A program made the translations under genes and the position numbers. The notes beneath the pieces are model-generated. The model had not been told where the DNA came from, did no database searches, and saw nothing but the letters and a program-made list of their open reading frames with translations. This document shows positions 14,101 to 28,700 of a DNA stretch of 64,000 nucleotides, piece after piece. The DNA is from Laetmonice hystrix (lineage: Eukaryota): positions 11,904,001 to 11,968,000 of the forward strand of contig OZ249441.1 of assembly GCA_965235115.1 (NCBI GenBank), read 5' to 3'. Position 1 is the first letter of the stretch, and every line of letters begins with the position of its first letter.

Positions 14101-14563
14101 CAGAAGTCGGTTCCAACCTCTGACCTGACCTCTGTCACCACTAGAGCATGTCTTGATCTTTGCGTCACTGACCTACGTCATAACCTACGTCATAACCTAC
14201 GTCTCACATGTCTGCCCTGATCTTTGTCCAGACTGATCTACCCTCTGGCCCTTGTCCATGTCCAGGGGTCTGGCATGTTACAGAAGATCTTTGGTCTCTG
14301 ATAATACATGCATGTCCGTCCTGGCCCGATTGTCACCGATGTGGTTAGAGCGATACACAGGTTCACTGGATTAGTGGAAGTTTACCCTGTGTAACATTAG
14401 TCAAATCTTTTCTACTACTCAACTGCTATATTCAATCTACATAATGGATTAACTAAACTTTAAGGGATTAAACGGAAGCCTTCCAGCTCATAGTAAAAAG
14501 CCTGTGTGACCAGCAGTCATCAGGCAAAGTTCTATCTATACCCAAGTATATAGATCGCATTAA

Positions 14564-14903
14564 AGGTGCTATTCGTCTCGCACAGAATGGCATTTCTCCT
14601 ATCATACATTGTGCACATAGTACTAGAAAAAATTCCTACCGATACCATTGGCCTGATAAACCTTCTATTAGTTTGTGTGCAGCATTTGAAACCTATCTCG
14701 GTGCGCACCGAGATAGAGCCATTTCCTATGGTGGGGCGTGTCAGGGTCTCCACAGGCCTTCTGAGAGAGCCCCAATTGTGCCGTTATCCATGAAAAATTC
14801 TGATTTCCTTTGTTGTGAATCTATTTCCATGATAGGTGGGATCACATAAACGTCAACAAAATTAAAAATAAAAAATTGAACTTTTTTTTCACGAATAGCA
14901 CCT
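14564..14903. mobile_element. 340-bp non-autonomous DNA transposon with TTAA TSD (Kolobok-like)
   Basis: Perfect 13-bp TIR AGGTGCTATTCGT/ACGAATAGCACCT flanked by TTAA at 14560-14563 and 14904-14907. TTAA TSD with an AG terminus fits Kolobok better than piggyBac (CCC termini). Confidence 0.75.
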
Positions 14904-15085
14904 TTAATACGTGTGTGGATGTAGACATGTTTGTTTGTAATACTTTAGAACTGTCCGAATACATGTAACAGAAATGATATTGTAAGGAATATAGTGATGA
15001 ATAAATTATACGCGACACAACACCATCTCGGAATAATGACTGAATGACAACAAAAACAACAACAAAAGCTCTCCTGGTCTCTTAC

Positions 15086-15100
15086 TGGTACTGCAGGCTT
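15086..15100 (-). CDS. MAP3K5: Candidate 15-nt microexon of MAP3K (E-ACST)
   Basis: Strong acceptor cctgttttctttgtccag, donor gtaaga, phase 1/1. An upstream acceptor at 15137 would give a longer in-frame version. Confidence 0.35.
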
Positions 15101-15374
15101 CTGGACAAAGAAAACAGGACTTTTTCCCCAGCGGGCCTAAAACATATTCTCTCTGTCAAGACAGTAGAGATTAAGGACGAGCTGGGAGTTGAGGTCCGCC
15201 ATGCAGGCGCCATGCCACTTACCTGTCACGTGACATATTGAAGGAGCCTGAGCGACTACGGCACGTGCCTGGTGCTCTAGTCAACAGAACGTCACACACG
15301 GGTAATCAGGCTCGTGTAAGGCGACATTTTCATTTTTAAAATGGAGGAGAAAAAAATTCGGGGCTTTCGGTCAC

Positions 15375-15409
15375 CCTCAGATGTGGTGGATGGTCCACTG
15401 GCAAACTTT
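15375..15409 (-). CDS. MAP3K5: Candidate small exon of MAP3K after the kinase domain (KFASGPSTTSE)
   Basis: Phase 2/1, compatible with the kinase-end exon 18013-18081; donor gtgacc is identical to the donor at 19581-19586. Confidence 0.4.
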
Positions 15410-18012
15410 CTACGTGTCAATATTGCCAACACTGATTCATGTCCTGATTATGTGCATGCGACTAGTCTATGATGTAATTCTCCGCCGATACACTCATTAC
15501 TACTGGCCTCCAAATAATCAAAACATGTACATACACGACCAGCCTGTGTCATAATTCTCCTCTCATATGTACATATGCTACTGACATATCAACATTCATT
15601 CGGTCATTGTTATTCGTACAGCAGCTACTGGTTTGTGACATAATCACATCAATAGCCTCAGTGTGACTATGAATTACGCATACATGTTTGCCCTGTACTT
15701 TGGGACAAGTTAGTCGTTGTCTGAATAATATATGCATGATGACCCCAACAAACCATTCATTCTGCAACATTCCGATGGCTTGGATGTTGGGCGAACTCAA
15801 TTTTGTTTACCAAAATGTGCAGTTCCACTATTTTTTCATTTCTAGCTCTCAGGAAAAGCTACAACCACGAGTTCAGAATTTTTAGAACCACTGCAAAGTT
15901 TATCAGCTTCAAATCCGTCCCCAACACAATCTCTGCCTCCGACTCTACCTTACACTATACCTTACCACGCAAGGCTCGAGGAGTACATTAGATTTCTGTC
16001 ATGACAAAACTTACTTTTCGAGAGAGAAAAAAAGGAAGAAAGAAATAGATAGTAAAAATTTCAACATTAAAAATTTGTTACTCCACAAATGATTCTCTCT
16101 GCCATACAATCTTTAACTGAGACAGGAAAATTTAAAATTCAAAAAATACATTGCAAAATAAAGAAAAAACAAACACCTAAAACCCAATCCTGATTTCCTT
16201 CTTGTAAAGAGAAAGACTTTTTTATAATAAAACTTGCAATCTGTTTTTAAAAAGAACGCCATGCCCACATTTTGTGGCATGCTGTTAATTTAACATACAG
16301 CTGTACACTAAATCCCATCAATGACACCATTCTATAGTTAGTCACCATTCAAAGTACCTGGGTATCTTTTCATGCTCGGTGTGGTGGGCACCGTACTTTC
16401 TTTACTCTTGGGGTTCTTATAATGGTCCATCAAAGGACACCTAAGGCCGGCAAAGTAAAATTTATATGAATACTACAATGCTGTCCACATTGAAAAACCT
16501 CGAGTTGTTATATCACTGAATGATTAATTAAAGATAAATATTATAGCAGTTGCCACACTGAACTACCTACTCCATCGGTGAAAAACTATAACTTGATGGT
16601 AGTCTTGTCTTTCAGTAACGTCATACTGTTAACTAATCATGACATTTGTTTCCTCTTTAAAAGATTCCCCCATGTTCTAGACCCCAACTACAAAGGTAAA
16701 ACAAAACACAGGCATATAAAAGTGTAGCAGACGTCACGCTCCTTGACGGAACCTAAACTTAACCAACCCCCAAGAAAAGTGATGGAACCTGGAAACCTGA
16801 ACTTAGCACTTTTAAGTTAATTATTTCAATCCATTTTCTAGAACTCATTCTGACTAATGACTCCGTTGAAAGCTTTATAAAATTCGCGAGAACAATACAA
16901 ACCACCTTTCGTATTCCCAGTAACAGCCCAAGGTAACAATGGTATCATACGTCTCTATCAATGCCCAACAGCAAAAAAACAGTCACAGCTTATCTCTTCT
17001 CCTGGTGGAGCTGAAAGTTTAAATCTCTGGTCAAACAGCCAAACAGCCTGCCATTGTTTGGTGTTTACGTGTGTATGTGTGCCATAATTAACGAACAACC
17101 AGAATCATAAAACGGGTTCAGAACAAACAATGAAGCAGAACAGACCAAGGGCATCAAAAAGAGACAGAATGGGAGCAGGGGAGAGTCAGTTCGTCGGCAG
17201 GCCGAGAATGCTTAGATGGCAACACTACTGTACTGTTTCATAAGGTTCGTTTGTGAGTCCTGTCGGCTAAATCGCTGTAGTCCACACTCACACTTGGCCT
17301 TGTACACTGAACTGGTCAGCCTGAAAATATCCACACAGCTTACTATCAATAGACCGACCTCTCCTTGTCAAACTCCATCTGAAATATTTCAAGGCAATCA
17401 CTGTCGGCTGGCAAGCGGCAGTTGATTTGTTGATCTTAACGTATAGAACCGTGGAAACCTGCAAAGGAGGCCTTATTAATGAATGAATTCTAGACAAAAA
17501 ATTAGGGACTGAAACAATGAAATACTAACAATATACTAACACATACACCAAGCAAATGTTTCTACAAAACTGTCCACCACCGAAAGTTCATTAAGATGAA
17601 AATGACAAGACTGAATTGATCTAGGGCAATGTCTTCTCATACCTATGGCTATCGTGCGAACCTTAGGAGAGATACAATGAGAAAGTTGGTCAATGAATGT
17701 TAGATTTCAACATCACAAAGATTCCATCTCGTCCTTGGTGTGCACTGTCAGTGTCACATTGACAAGTAATTCATAACAAACTACTAACTTCCTGAGAGGC
17801 CTGCTTCACATAAAAAAAACTTTTAGGACCGAGTGCATCTTTTATTAAGTTTACTTTAAGAACGATTTTGAGAGTTCTTAAAGTATTAGTTCTTGACATT
17901 GGCATGACTGGTAAACCAGCTCTTTTCATTCAAGATGCAGCTTGACACAGAGAAATAGAGTGTGAAATTCATCTGGCAAACTAAAGCTAACAAAAGTTAT
18001 TGGTGTACGTAC

Positions 18013-21000
18013 TCTGCCAGGAAGGGATGCTCCAACAGCTGGGCCGCAGTCATCCGCTCACTGGCATTCGGGTTGAAACACCTATAAAGTAAAGAATAAC
18101 TTCTATGATATTATCGATGGGTGGATTTTTTTTTTTTTAATTCTCAGTACAACCTAAATCTTTGTCTCAGCCCACAGACCAAATAAATTATTTCTCTCTC
18201 TTTTTTCTTTATTATGTCTGTATATTAAGACTCACTTCCCATACAACACTAGATGGGATATTCTATGAATAGTAGAATGGCAAATGGCAAATCTCAAATG
18301 GCAAATACAAATGGCAAATCTCTATTTTTGTATCATACTGGATTATGACTCTGACATGTGTCATTTCAAGAATGTTTATTTTGAAAGATAAAGTTAAAAT
18401 TTGAAAAAAAAAACCTACTGCACAAGGAAGTCCTTGGCAACATTGGACATTGACGATGGGATATCAGGGTGGATTTTGTAGAATCCAACTTTGAACATAG
18501 CTGCCTCTGGACTGCCAAGCTGCAAAGTCACCACAAATCTATTACACAAGGTAATTTACATTATCATAATTACAGCTGCAGTAACTACTGTATCCAAAAT
18601 AACATAAAATTAATACTTATATTATATGTAACTCTCCAATAGACTGGCCTTGTCACAAAAGGAGATCACTTTTGTGCTCCATTGTGCTCCTTATTCTAGG
18701 TTTGGGAGTGCAATAACTGTGCTTGCCAGAATTTCATAAGCAAGCAACCATGCATTCAGTTCAATTTTGGTTCTTATAACGCAGGTTTTTTTGCTCCCTT
18801 GTGCTTAAAATTAAATGAAAAAATTGTAAGCGTGAATAGCTCTCCTGACACGTGGAATGGGCTCAATAATCACTCCCCAGGAGTTTTTAAACGACAAGGC
18901 CTGAATAGACTCAGTTCTCACCTCTACAAATGGAGGTTTTCCCGTGGCCATCTCAATGACTGTGCATCCAAGAGACCAAATGTCAGCCTGCAAACAGTAT
19001 CAATCCATCAGTGAGGGTTCTATATAAACAGGTTTACACACCAACATAGAACCTGAGGCTAACACACAAAAATTTCTTTCAATTGGTATCGAGTCTGATC
19101 ACAGAAATTTATAACTATCAGGAAATCCTATCCTTGAACTTTCTTCGATTTATAACAAAATCTCTCTCAGGTCGACAGATCAAGGATATGGCCTTGGAAT
19201 CCAGACTGAAGGATATTCATTGTGGTGCATTTACACATTAGGAAACAATCCTGAGCTATCAATCACCACAAACACTCATCAGGGTTATGAGCCCGAGATA
19301 TCTTTATGGCCAGACAAGAACTTCCAACAACATCTCACATCTTACCGGAGGTCCATAGCCACGGATGCCTTTGTCTATCACCTCTGGGGCCATGTACTGA
19401 AGTGTACCTAGCAAACAAACGTGTATACTTACAAATCTATTCAAGGAACCCCATAAAAGTCATCTGCCAATCTTATATTATAAAAAAGCCATTACGAGTA
19501 TTTCATTACATAGAGGAAGTCTTACTCTCAGATTTATTACTGCTAGCTACCAGGCACATGCTAAAAAAAAAAGATAACTCGGTCACCTGTGAAGGTTGCA
19601 GCATTTGTGTTGATGCCAACGAGCCTCTTGGAAGTGCCAAAGTCCGATATCTTAAGCACGCCACTATATGTGTTGACAAGAACATTGTCACCCTTGATAT
19701 CCCTGTGTACAATCTTGTTGTCATGCTGAAATCATTAGGAATGTTTCACATTAACAAATCAATCACTATAATACCAGTAATAACGATTTAAACATTATGA
19801 GAAGAAATCCGTTTTTCCAAGTCAATGTTGTTTATAGGTAGATGAACATATAAATACATTCCTTATTAAGTTGACATCTCTTTGTTACATGTGAACAATT
19901 AGCCTGTGGTGTCTGTTAGTAAACTATGGTTAATTTCTTGTTTTAAAACAACTTTCCAAACTTACCAAATACTTGAGTCCTTTCAGTATTTGTCTGGTGT
20001 AGAAGGCTATTGTTGACTCATTGTCTTTTAACGGGCCCCACTTAAGCCGTAGAAGAGCTGACAGACTCCCTAAAATTATATCACAAAGAGAATACAATTC
20101 TGAGGCATAAAAATTCAATTAACAGATTCTAGATGGTGGCACAACCTTTCAATGTCAGTCCTGTTGAAAACAGCCCATTAGGCCCTACTGGTGGGACAGG
20201 ATTGGGGAGAGTGACCCCAATGTAATATTGCATTTTTGTTAGCTTTCTCCTGAATATTATAAAACAGAGTTGGGGTGATGGGATCCAGGCTTTGAACCTA
20301 CCTCCAGGCACTTGCTCCATGAAGATCTTAAAGAAGCCGTCCTCACTGACTGAACCCAAGTACTTGACTATGTTCTTGTGCATGAGTCGCGAGTGAAGTG
20401 CAATCTCTTCGTGAAGTGGTTGAACTTGGCTGAAATAATATTAAACTTAATTAGATTTCACTTGTGCTAAAGTACTATCAGTATTAACGAAGCTATACTT
20501 TCAAATAACATCACTAGGAAGGTAAAGGCATTTAGCCTACAAACTGCAAAAAGGTCCTCATTTTCACTTCACTGAGTTGGAACAGGCTGTGAACAGTGAC
20601 ACGTACCTCCAGACGATTTTTTGGTTGGAGAACTGCACTCAATATTGGACAAACAGGGGACCTCGTCCATTTACCCAGTACTGACGCTCAATGTCTCATG
20701 CATGGATCTTTCTCAAATATTCCCCATTAAAATAAGTATATCTTCTAGCATTTCTATCTGGGCCAGTAGAGCCCTGATATAAGCACAAGATAGTATACTA
20801 TCTTTGTATGTATTTTATTGGACTCACTCTGTATATTTCTCTGGAACCTCCTTCACAGCGATGCGGACCTGGGTATCCAGATCTCGGGCTGCGTACACAA
20901 CTCCATAGGTACCTTTACCTAATATTACCCGCTCTCCACGCTCATCAAATTCATACTCATACTGCAAACAAGGCAATATCAATCATGTACAGCTTCTCTT

Positions 21001-24000
21001 GCTGAATTTACATGATGCAAAGTGTCTTTCATTCTGCATCAATTACGGTTTACGTATTTTTGAGGGGAGGGGGCATTTAAGACTATTGATGAGAATTACA
21101 ACATCACAGTCATCTCACACATATAATATGAATTGTTCTGCCAAAGCTCAATGATCTTACATGGAGGATGGAGGTATAGTAAACAACTGATTTACAGCTC
21201 ACCCACCTGGACGGTCGCTTGCTGGTTTCCTGAGTCAAGGTCCACTATTGCAGTCTCAGCTTTCTCGATCATTTTCATCACACTCTCATAAAACCTGAAG
21301 ACAGTTTTAGTCACAGATGTTTCAAACATATAAAATTTTCATCTTGGTATTACTCCTAACAGTCTCTGAAAATCATCTTAAATGCCTAAGTTCAGTTCTC
21401 CTTTTAAATATTTTTAGCTCAAGTTCACAGTTCCTATCTTACCTTCAATCTTTTTTTATCATAGCAGTACCCGTAATTTCATTTTACACTGAATATTAAC
21501 ACTCGACACTCGTTAAATGGCCCATCTTGACCATCACTAACCTGGCTTTTGTGAATTCAGAAGGAAAGTATATCTGGAAGTCATCTGAGTTTTCATAGAC
21601 ATAGAGTAAGACGACACGTGCATCCCTCTTATATTGGGATATACTCCTGATGGACGAGGCTGTGAACAACCACTCATGGATCTGGTTACAGTTTGTCTTT
21701 GGTGCAGCATGCCAAATATGGAGAGACTGTCATAAAAAATCAGTACAACTTCAGGTCACTTTACAGCAATTTACAATGCATTCATGGCAAACTGATTATA
21801 CAATGCATTCATGGCAAACTGATTAGTATAAAGAAAGATCAAGTACCAGTAATAAGTTTATACAAAAAGTAATATGGTTATCAGAGTGACATCATTCTCC
21901 TACCTGGCCTTCTTCATCTTCTTCATTGATCAAGATGTGACTCGGTATCAACACTTTATTTGGCTCCATAATCAACACCTGTTTAATGAACACACTTCAA
22001 TGACAGTTCAAAATAAAATAATTTAAACTTTTATCTTTTCACCCTTTCCTACAAAAGGGGCCCTTAAAATATATATGACTTTATGGTTGACAAAATATTT
22101 TTGCAATAAGAAAACTATATGGTGGCTCATAGCTTAGCATATTTGATGGGAATATGAAAGATAAGAGACCTCAAACTCACAGGAAAACGAACATAGCTTG
22201 TATCCGACTTGGTTGCCTCATTAAAAAACTCAAGCCAGAAGTTAAACAGATGTCGATCTCTGTCTATAGAATGTCTCTCAGTGCGTATAGTGTTGATGAG
22301 GAGGATATTGCCCAGAGTTGACTTGAGATACCTTCAACAAAAATTTAATCAACATTGCATTGGTAGAAGCAACACTTTCCACTACATCATCCACAGTATA
22401 TCGGACTACTGTAAACACCCCCTGTATATGATTTCAAGGAATGTATTTAGATATGACTGTCCAAACTCTAGTACCTACCAAATTGGTGGCTCCAGTTTGT
22501 ACATGCACTCAGCAGCCTGTACTGCCTTGCCATAGTCTTCAGCCAGAACACTGATTTCAAAAAAAGTGGCGACATCCCAGTAGTCCTTTAGCATCTCCAG
22601 TCGCCCCTTCCGGCCTATCAAATTATTCAGCGTGAGACCTGTCAAAAAATGGATACAAAAGAAATCTACTGTTAATCATGTCCTCATGTGTGCTATTACA
22701 ATCTATCTATGCCATTAGGTCCCTTATTAGTATATGATTTTAGCCATACATTCAATTCAAGTCTCCCGAACACTGCAATAGTCCAAAACAGGGTTTTAAT
22801 TTGAAAAAGGAAAGCTTCACCTGACTGACTCCCTGCTGTAAACACCTTCACTCACCTATTCGTTGGAGGTTTGTGTCATTGTCAAAGGTCTTCCCTGAGA
22901 TTACTAGCAGCGTTGCCAGATTAATACCAGCAAACTCGTTTGGCTGAACCTTGAAGCCCTCTTGATACCTGCAATTCACATCAAAGTAGCACTTAAATAT
23001 GTTCACCATTTTTATTTTATCACCAGGACAATGCACTTTTAAATTATTTCATTGCTTATGGTAAAAAGAGCTAATATTGCATGCTGAACAACTCTACGAA
23101 TGCAACAAGTAAATCTTTTATTTTTTGGTGGCGATTATTTAATATTCCAATCCATGGTAGACATAATGTTCACTAACAAAGACCAATGTATTTATTTATA
23201 TTTCAAAAGTGTGATACACTGATGCCAGATAGAACAGTCACTCACCACCTGATGGCCTCCTTCAACGCCTTCTCATCAGTGTAGCCCGACTCTGTAAACT
23301 TGTCCTTGTAGATGCGCCCAGCTAAACACAGCATGTCTGGGGTTGGAGAGGTCGGCGAGTGTTCAATTACCTATTACATATTAAGGAAAAGTCAATTTAG
23401 ACAGTCCTATCTGGGGTTGCCCTGTGATCTCTTTTACACAAATTTATAGCGCAAGAGAATTTTAATTCCAAACCATTACAAACATTCTGAGCTATTTTCA
23501 TATGCTTATCTTGGACTTTAAATTTAAGTACCTGCACTTACTTATTTCAGCAGATTTTGTCTTATGATACAACCCAACTTTCTTATAAGTTGTTAGTAAA
23601 AATATGTCCTAGATGAGATCATACCTTTAGTATCACCTCCAGGGCTTTGTCCCGGTCTCCAGGCTTATTTCTCCTGCAAGAAAATGTTCAAATGTGAAAC
23701 GGCACAAAAATGGGTAAAAAAAAAAAAAGAGAAGAAATACAAAGACTTTGCATGCAGGAAAAAATTGCTAGGCTTTGACATAATGATGGGTGTTTAAAAA
23801 AAACAAAGAATCTGAAATTTACCACTGCGTTTCTATTTGTGCCCTGCACGCCATCAATACCGGGCAACCTATTTCCCATTTTTTTCGTTTATTTTAGTTT
23901 AATCAATCAGTAATACTGCAGTCCCCATAATAGTCTCTATTACCTGTTCAGCGCAAAAGCATAGTGTATCTGAGTGGCACAGATGTCAGTAACATTGTTG

Positions 24001-27000
24001 TTTGGCACACCATCAACAAGTTCTACAAGTGACACCATTGCATCATAGTCCTGGTAAAACAAAAGAAGAGGGAAACTCAAATCAACAAGGAACAACACAA
24101 GTATTCCTAGAATATGTCCTTTTCTTCTGTCATACTTTAAACAGTAAGTAGCACAAATACTAAGGGCATGCATGGTGGCTATGAAAGATTATTGATAACC
24201 CCAATATGAAAGGAAGGTGTGAAGTAACAGCCAATTAACTCACCTGAACATCTCGGTAGGACAGCAGCATGTTGAGTATGACATCAGCAGATATCAGGGC
24301 CGGGTCATCCATACGGTTACGCATCTTTTGCAGTATCTAAAATGACATGAAACCTCAAATTGTCAGAAAAAATTGTCACAGGTACATCTTTCAGTACCAG
24401 TATGTCTTCGTGGTGTTTGCATACTAGACTTGGATCTTGATTGATTCCTAGACATCAAGGCGCAAAATAACAAGTTTCACATTGCGAATCCCAACACATT
24501 TGAAGGGTTATGCTACTCAAATAAGAAAAAGTTCGCAATTCCATCATGTGATATTTCTTTTACCACCGCTGCTACAGAATTTCACTAGATCGAACCTAAT
24601 TTGCTATTCTATTCTTCACAATTGATTAGCAAATAGTGCTGTTCATATTTTCTTAATTATTTTGCGCCTTGCCAATTCAAGACTCAGAGATAACACAAAG
24701 ATTAAACCAGGAGACATTTCGCAGAGGTAGAGTGCGGAGGATGGAAATACAGAGATCATCATCCCACACCCTCGGTCCTGAGATTCACATCAACCAATAT
24801 ACATAAATATCCCAGAGTACACCATACAATAAGAACAAAATCTGTGTACTAGATAATATTTCAGCAATGGCAATGCTTAACATTATCTCAGTAAGTGCAC
24901 AACAATATGTCTGCAAATACTCGACAACATGGTCCTTAAACCTGGCTCTCTAAGAACCTGTGGTTGTCCACAGTGAATCATAATCTTGCAATTTCTCTAA
25001 TATCCAACAGAAAATAACGTTTTCACTATATTTCTAAACCATTTCAGACAGATAGTACCATGGACCATGACAAAATGGTTATTCAAAGCACTGATATACA
25101 AACGAGTCCAGGTATCACAGGGATGCCCAAGGAGCTATATTTGAACCTGGAAAATCCATGAGTTGGTTTCATTTTATACTGGTTGTCTCAAGAAAAATAA
25201 ATGGGTGAACACTGCTGCAGTATATCAAGCAGTATATGAGTAAATTACGCAAATAATTACATGTTGTTGTATAACTACAGAAACTTTACATAGGAACAAC
25301 AATTTCTGTATGTTTATGTGAGAAAATAACTACCGGGTAGATCTATGCATGAATCTATACTGACGTTCAGTGAAGTTATTTTTATCTAGGTCATTGTTAA
25401 TATAGATACAGTAATCATTTGGAATTCTTAGAACATAACAAAGCCAAGTAGAACCCACAATAGCAGACCAAGCCTCTTAAACCACCAATTAAAGAAATCA
25501 CTAAGATTTAGCACTTGCTTTTGTAAAGTTTTTGATGATTTTCTGGAAGGTGCACAAATTTAGAATCAAGAAGGCAGAATCCATATTTTATACATGTCTG
25601 TCTAGTACTTTATTGCTAGCATCACTCAAGACTCCTTAAACGGCACTCCTATACACAGTGAAGCAGTGTACCAGTGATTTGCAATAACACACACCAAGAC
25701 CATGGCTGACTACAACTGGACATGAAAGGCACACAATGCCACAACAGGCAGATCCCTACCTTTCGAGTTTGTCTATCATGCTGCGAGCCAAAATTAGCAT
25801 TGCAACAATTAAACACTTCTTTATAATAAGTGAAACAACGACAGATGCAGTCTTCCAGTCCATGCTATACATAATCTCTAACGAGCTGCATGTGTAATTC
25901 CTCAAAAAGTTACCTTTTACCCTCGGCAACACCATCATTCAAACATGAAATTTTAACATGGTGTTGCTGAGGTTAACAGGTAACTTGCAGCTTTAATTAT
26001 AAACAGTTTTAGAAAAGCCCCTGCCCCTCTAAATGAGAGTCTCTAGTTAAATAAAATACAAAATTCAGTATGAAAAGGCAAGAAACTCATTATTCAGTTA
26101 AATGATGGATGGTAGATTTTTAGGGGTATTTGAGGACAGGTTTCAATGACCATGATGCAGCCCAAGTTGTTGCAGCAAATGTCAATGAAAGGGTTAGAGG
26201 GAAATTCCTTCAAGAGAGGATCCACTTTCAGATAGCAGGAGACTACTTCAGAATTGCAGACCTATGGCATCGAAACCCTTAGGCACCCCCCCCCCCCCAA
26301 CCACCATCACTGAGGGCAGACAATAGGACCTTGTTATCACCACTTATCACAAAAACAACAGCAAAGACCCTGGACCTTGTCACAATCTTATTTACCCCTA
26401 AACACCAAGGGAACCAGACGGCCCCCCCCCCCAGCAATATCCGACCCATAATCTGGTGGACTGCATAACATCTAGCCCAGATTTCACTGTACAGGGTAAC
26501 CTAGGGATGGTGGTGGTATGTCACTGTGGTATGGCAGCTGGTTGGCCCTCCTCGAGTTTGATACACACTAACGTATGCCCGTCTTAAAAAATATACCATA
26601 GTCTCATTAATGCCAATCAGTTTTAGCAAATATTTCCCAATGTTATAAAAGATGTTAGGTTGAATTATTATGTCAGAGAATTGCAGGTTTTCATCAATTT
26701 GATTGTGTTGTAGTATCATGATTTACCACAGTAACATTGTTGACAACCTCTCTTGTCAAGTTGTTAGCACAGCACCCCTTGGCCTCAGCTCCAATGCTAC
26801 CAAAAAAATATGGGAATCTAGAAGCCGTACCGATATAATTCATTATCAAAACATGAACGTAAAAAAATTGTAAACTGAAGCAAAGAATCTGTATAAAAAG
26901 GTGCAAAATCAAGTTAGGTCAACCAAAAACATGGGAGGATGGAGGAGCAAAATCTGAATCTTGCAAAATTTGTTCACATAAAGTTTTCTCTATCTGCTAA

Positions 27001-28299
27001 ACATTCACATTGCAAGTTCCACCAACCTGAGCCAATTCCTTGCCCTTGTACATTTCTCTTGCCTTGCGAAGGTCAGATAAGAACTTCTCCTTGATGTGCA
27101 CCCTGGAAAAAGGGGACAAAAAGACAACAGGTATCTATCAACATAACAGTAAATGCAACATGTATGCAAGTGATCATTTTACTGAAGGCCACAAGGTTTG
27201 CATACTTAGGTCAGGGTTTCTAAAGCCTTCCCCTTGTATTAAATCTTTTTATTAAATTGGCTGGACTTTATCTTACCTGCTACTTTTCTCAGCTTCCTTC
27301 AGACATCGTTTCAGCATATTTGCAAGAGGTGTGGTTTTGTCTGGCAGTCCTCTAAGGCTTTCACTGAGCTCCATGGTTCCAGGTAGGTCCTTGACCACAC
27401 AGTGACCTTCATCATTGAGCATATAGGCCACAAAGTGGGTCGTGCCACACGAGGCCTGCAAAACAAATACTTAAGTGCTACATCATACATGTATGCTATT
27501 TACATCTACTATACCAGGTATGGGCCGTAGTTCTATTTTATTAAAGTTATTTTTTAAAGTTTTCTATTTTGTATCCAGTGACACAATGGCCTTACCTTGA
27601 CAGACAGCGTAGTTTCAGCATCAGTGTCATGAAGGAGAATGACTGTCTCAGCACCCATTTGTTCACGGACTCCAATGTGGTAAAACAGGGCCCGCTGCTG
27701 GACACTAATGGACATGTCAACCATTGCAACATCTGCATTGTAGAATTTGTCCAAAACCTCAGTTTCTCCAAAATCGAGCTTCTCAAAGGGAATGTGTGTC
27801 AATTCAATCTTCAAGCTGCAAAAATTAAATCAGATGCAATATAATTATTTATTTTAAAGAAGGATCACATTGTTAAATATAATGGTACAAGTAACACTTG
27901 AACTAACTTGAACTAGAATTGAATTACATAGAGCAAATTATACTAAAGTTTTGCTGTACACAACTAAAATTTCAAAAAAATTACCTCTTTCATGAGAAAG
28001 AGAGAAAAAGTTTATTACAGATAATTGCTGCAAATTTTTCAGTGAAATAAAATGTCGGTAACCTTATAGTATCTTCTGACATTATAATACGTCAATTCCT
28101 TTTATCACCTTAAAGCATATATAGATAACGTTTTAACTCCTTACCAGTTGGCAACCTTCTTGACATCAATGTAGGCCTGGTCATGGGCATGCAGCTCCTG
28201 CTGGGCTGCCGTACTCTTGTCCTTGTTGGTCCCACTGCTTAAACTGATCACGCACACCAACTGCATCTGGTTGGCTGCAGCAGATGCTGCTGCCGCCAT
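18013..28299 (-). CDS. MAP3K5: ASK1-family MAP kinase kinase kinase (MAP3K5/MAP3K15-like), N-terminus through kinase domain, ~860 aa in 22 exons; continues leftwards
   Basis: Minus-strand exons 28145-28299, 27596-27815, 27277-27455, 27027-27102, 24244-24336, 23944-24050, 23625-23673, 23246-23370, 22856-22968, 22479-22638, 22181-22331, 21904-21978, 21542-21726, 21207-21294, 20828-20961, 20302-20429, 19966-20069, 19587-19725, 19346-19407, 18922-18987, 18419-18519, 18013-18081; all GT-AG and phase-consistent. ASK motifs: [118 protein letters not shown]. The MAP3K5 versus MAP3K15 name cannot be resolved; probably the single invertebrate pro-orthologue. Confidence 0.95.
24456..24671. mobile_element. 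MITE, CAAGGCGCAAAATAA family (copy 1)
   Basis: Perfect 15-bp TIR at 24456-24470 and 24657-24671; same terminus as 41177-41329; no clean TSD left. Confidence 0.65.
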
Positions 28300-28387
28300 G
28301 GCAACAATATCAAGGAACTGGTTATCAGACTGAAATTGAAGAATACAATCACATAAATTTATTTTTTCAAATTACATGTATTTTTAA

Positions 28388-28700
28388 CAGGGTTTCCACA
28401 GGTTGGCTATATATTGAAATTTCATGACATTTCCAGACCAAAACTCCCAAATTTCATGACGGATTCCGGATAAATAAAATGCACTAAAATCCCAGAATTT
28501 TTCTTGAGTACATCGTGGAACGTTAAAATTTAGGCCTAAAAGAAACAAAAATGTGGTTACCAGGAAATTTCACATTCCTTGACTTTTTCAGGGCTTTCTT
28601 TTTTCTATTTTCCATGACTTTTCCAGGCCTGGAAAACCTAATTTGGAAAACAAGATTTCTGGGCCAAGGAAAATTGTCAGGTTTGCAGTACCGTAACCCT
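28388..28700. mobile_element. Degenerate CAGGGTTT-type TIR element
   Basis: Starts cagggtttccacagg; internal repeats of tttcatgac/ttccatgacttttccagg; right end decayed (aaccctt). Confidence 0.4.

Noticed and set aside
21198-21202. Stronger-looking donor gtgagc 4 nt downstream of the chosen donor of exon 21207-21294
   Set aside because: Gives phase 1, incompatible with the phase-0 start of the next kinase exon.
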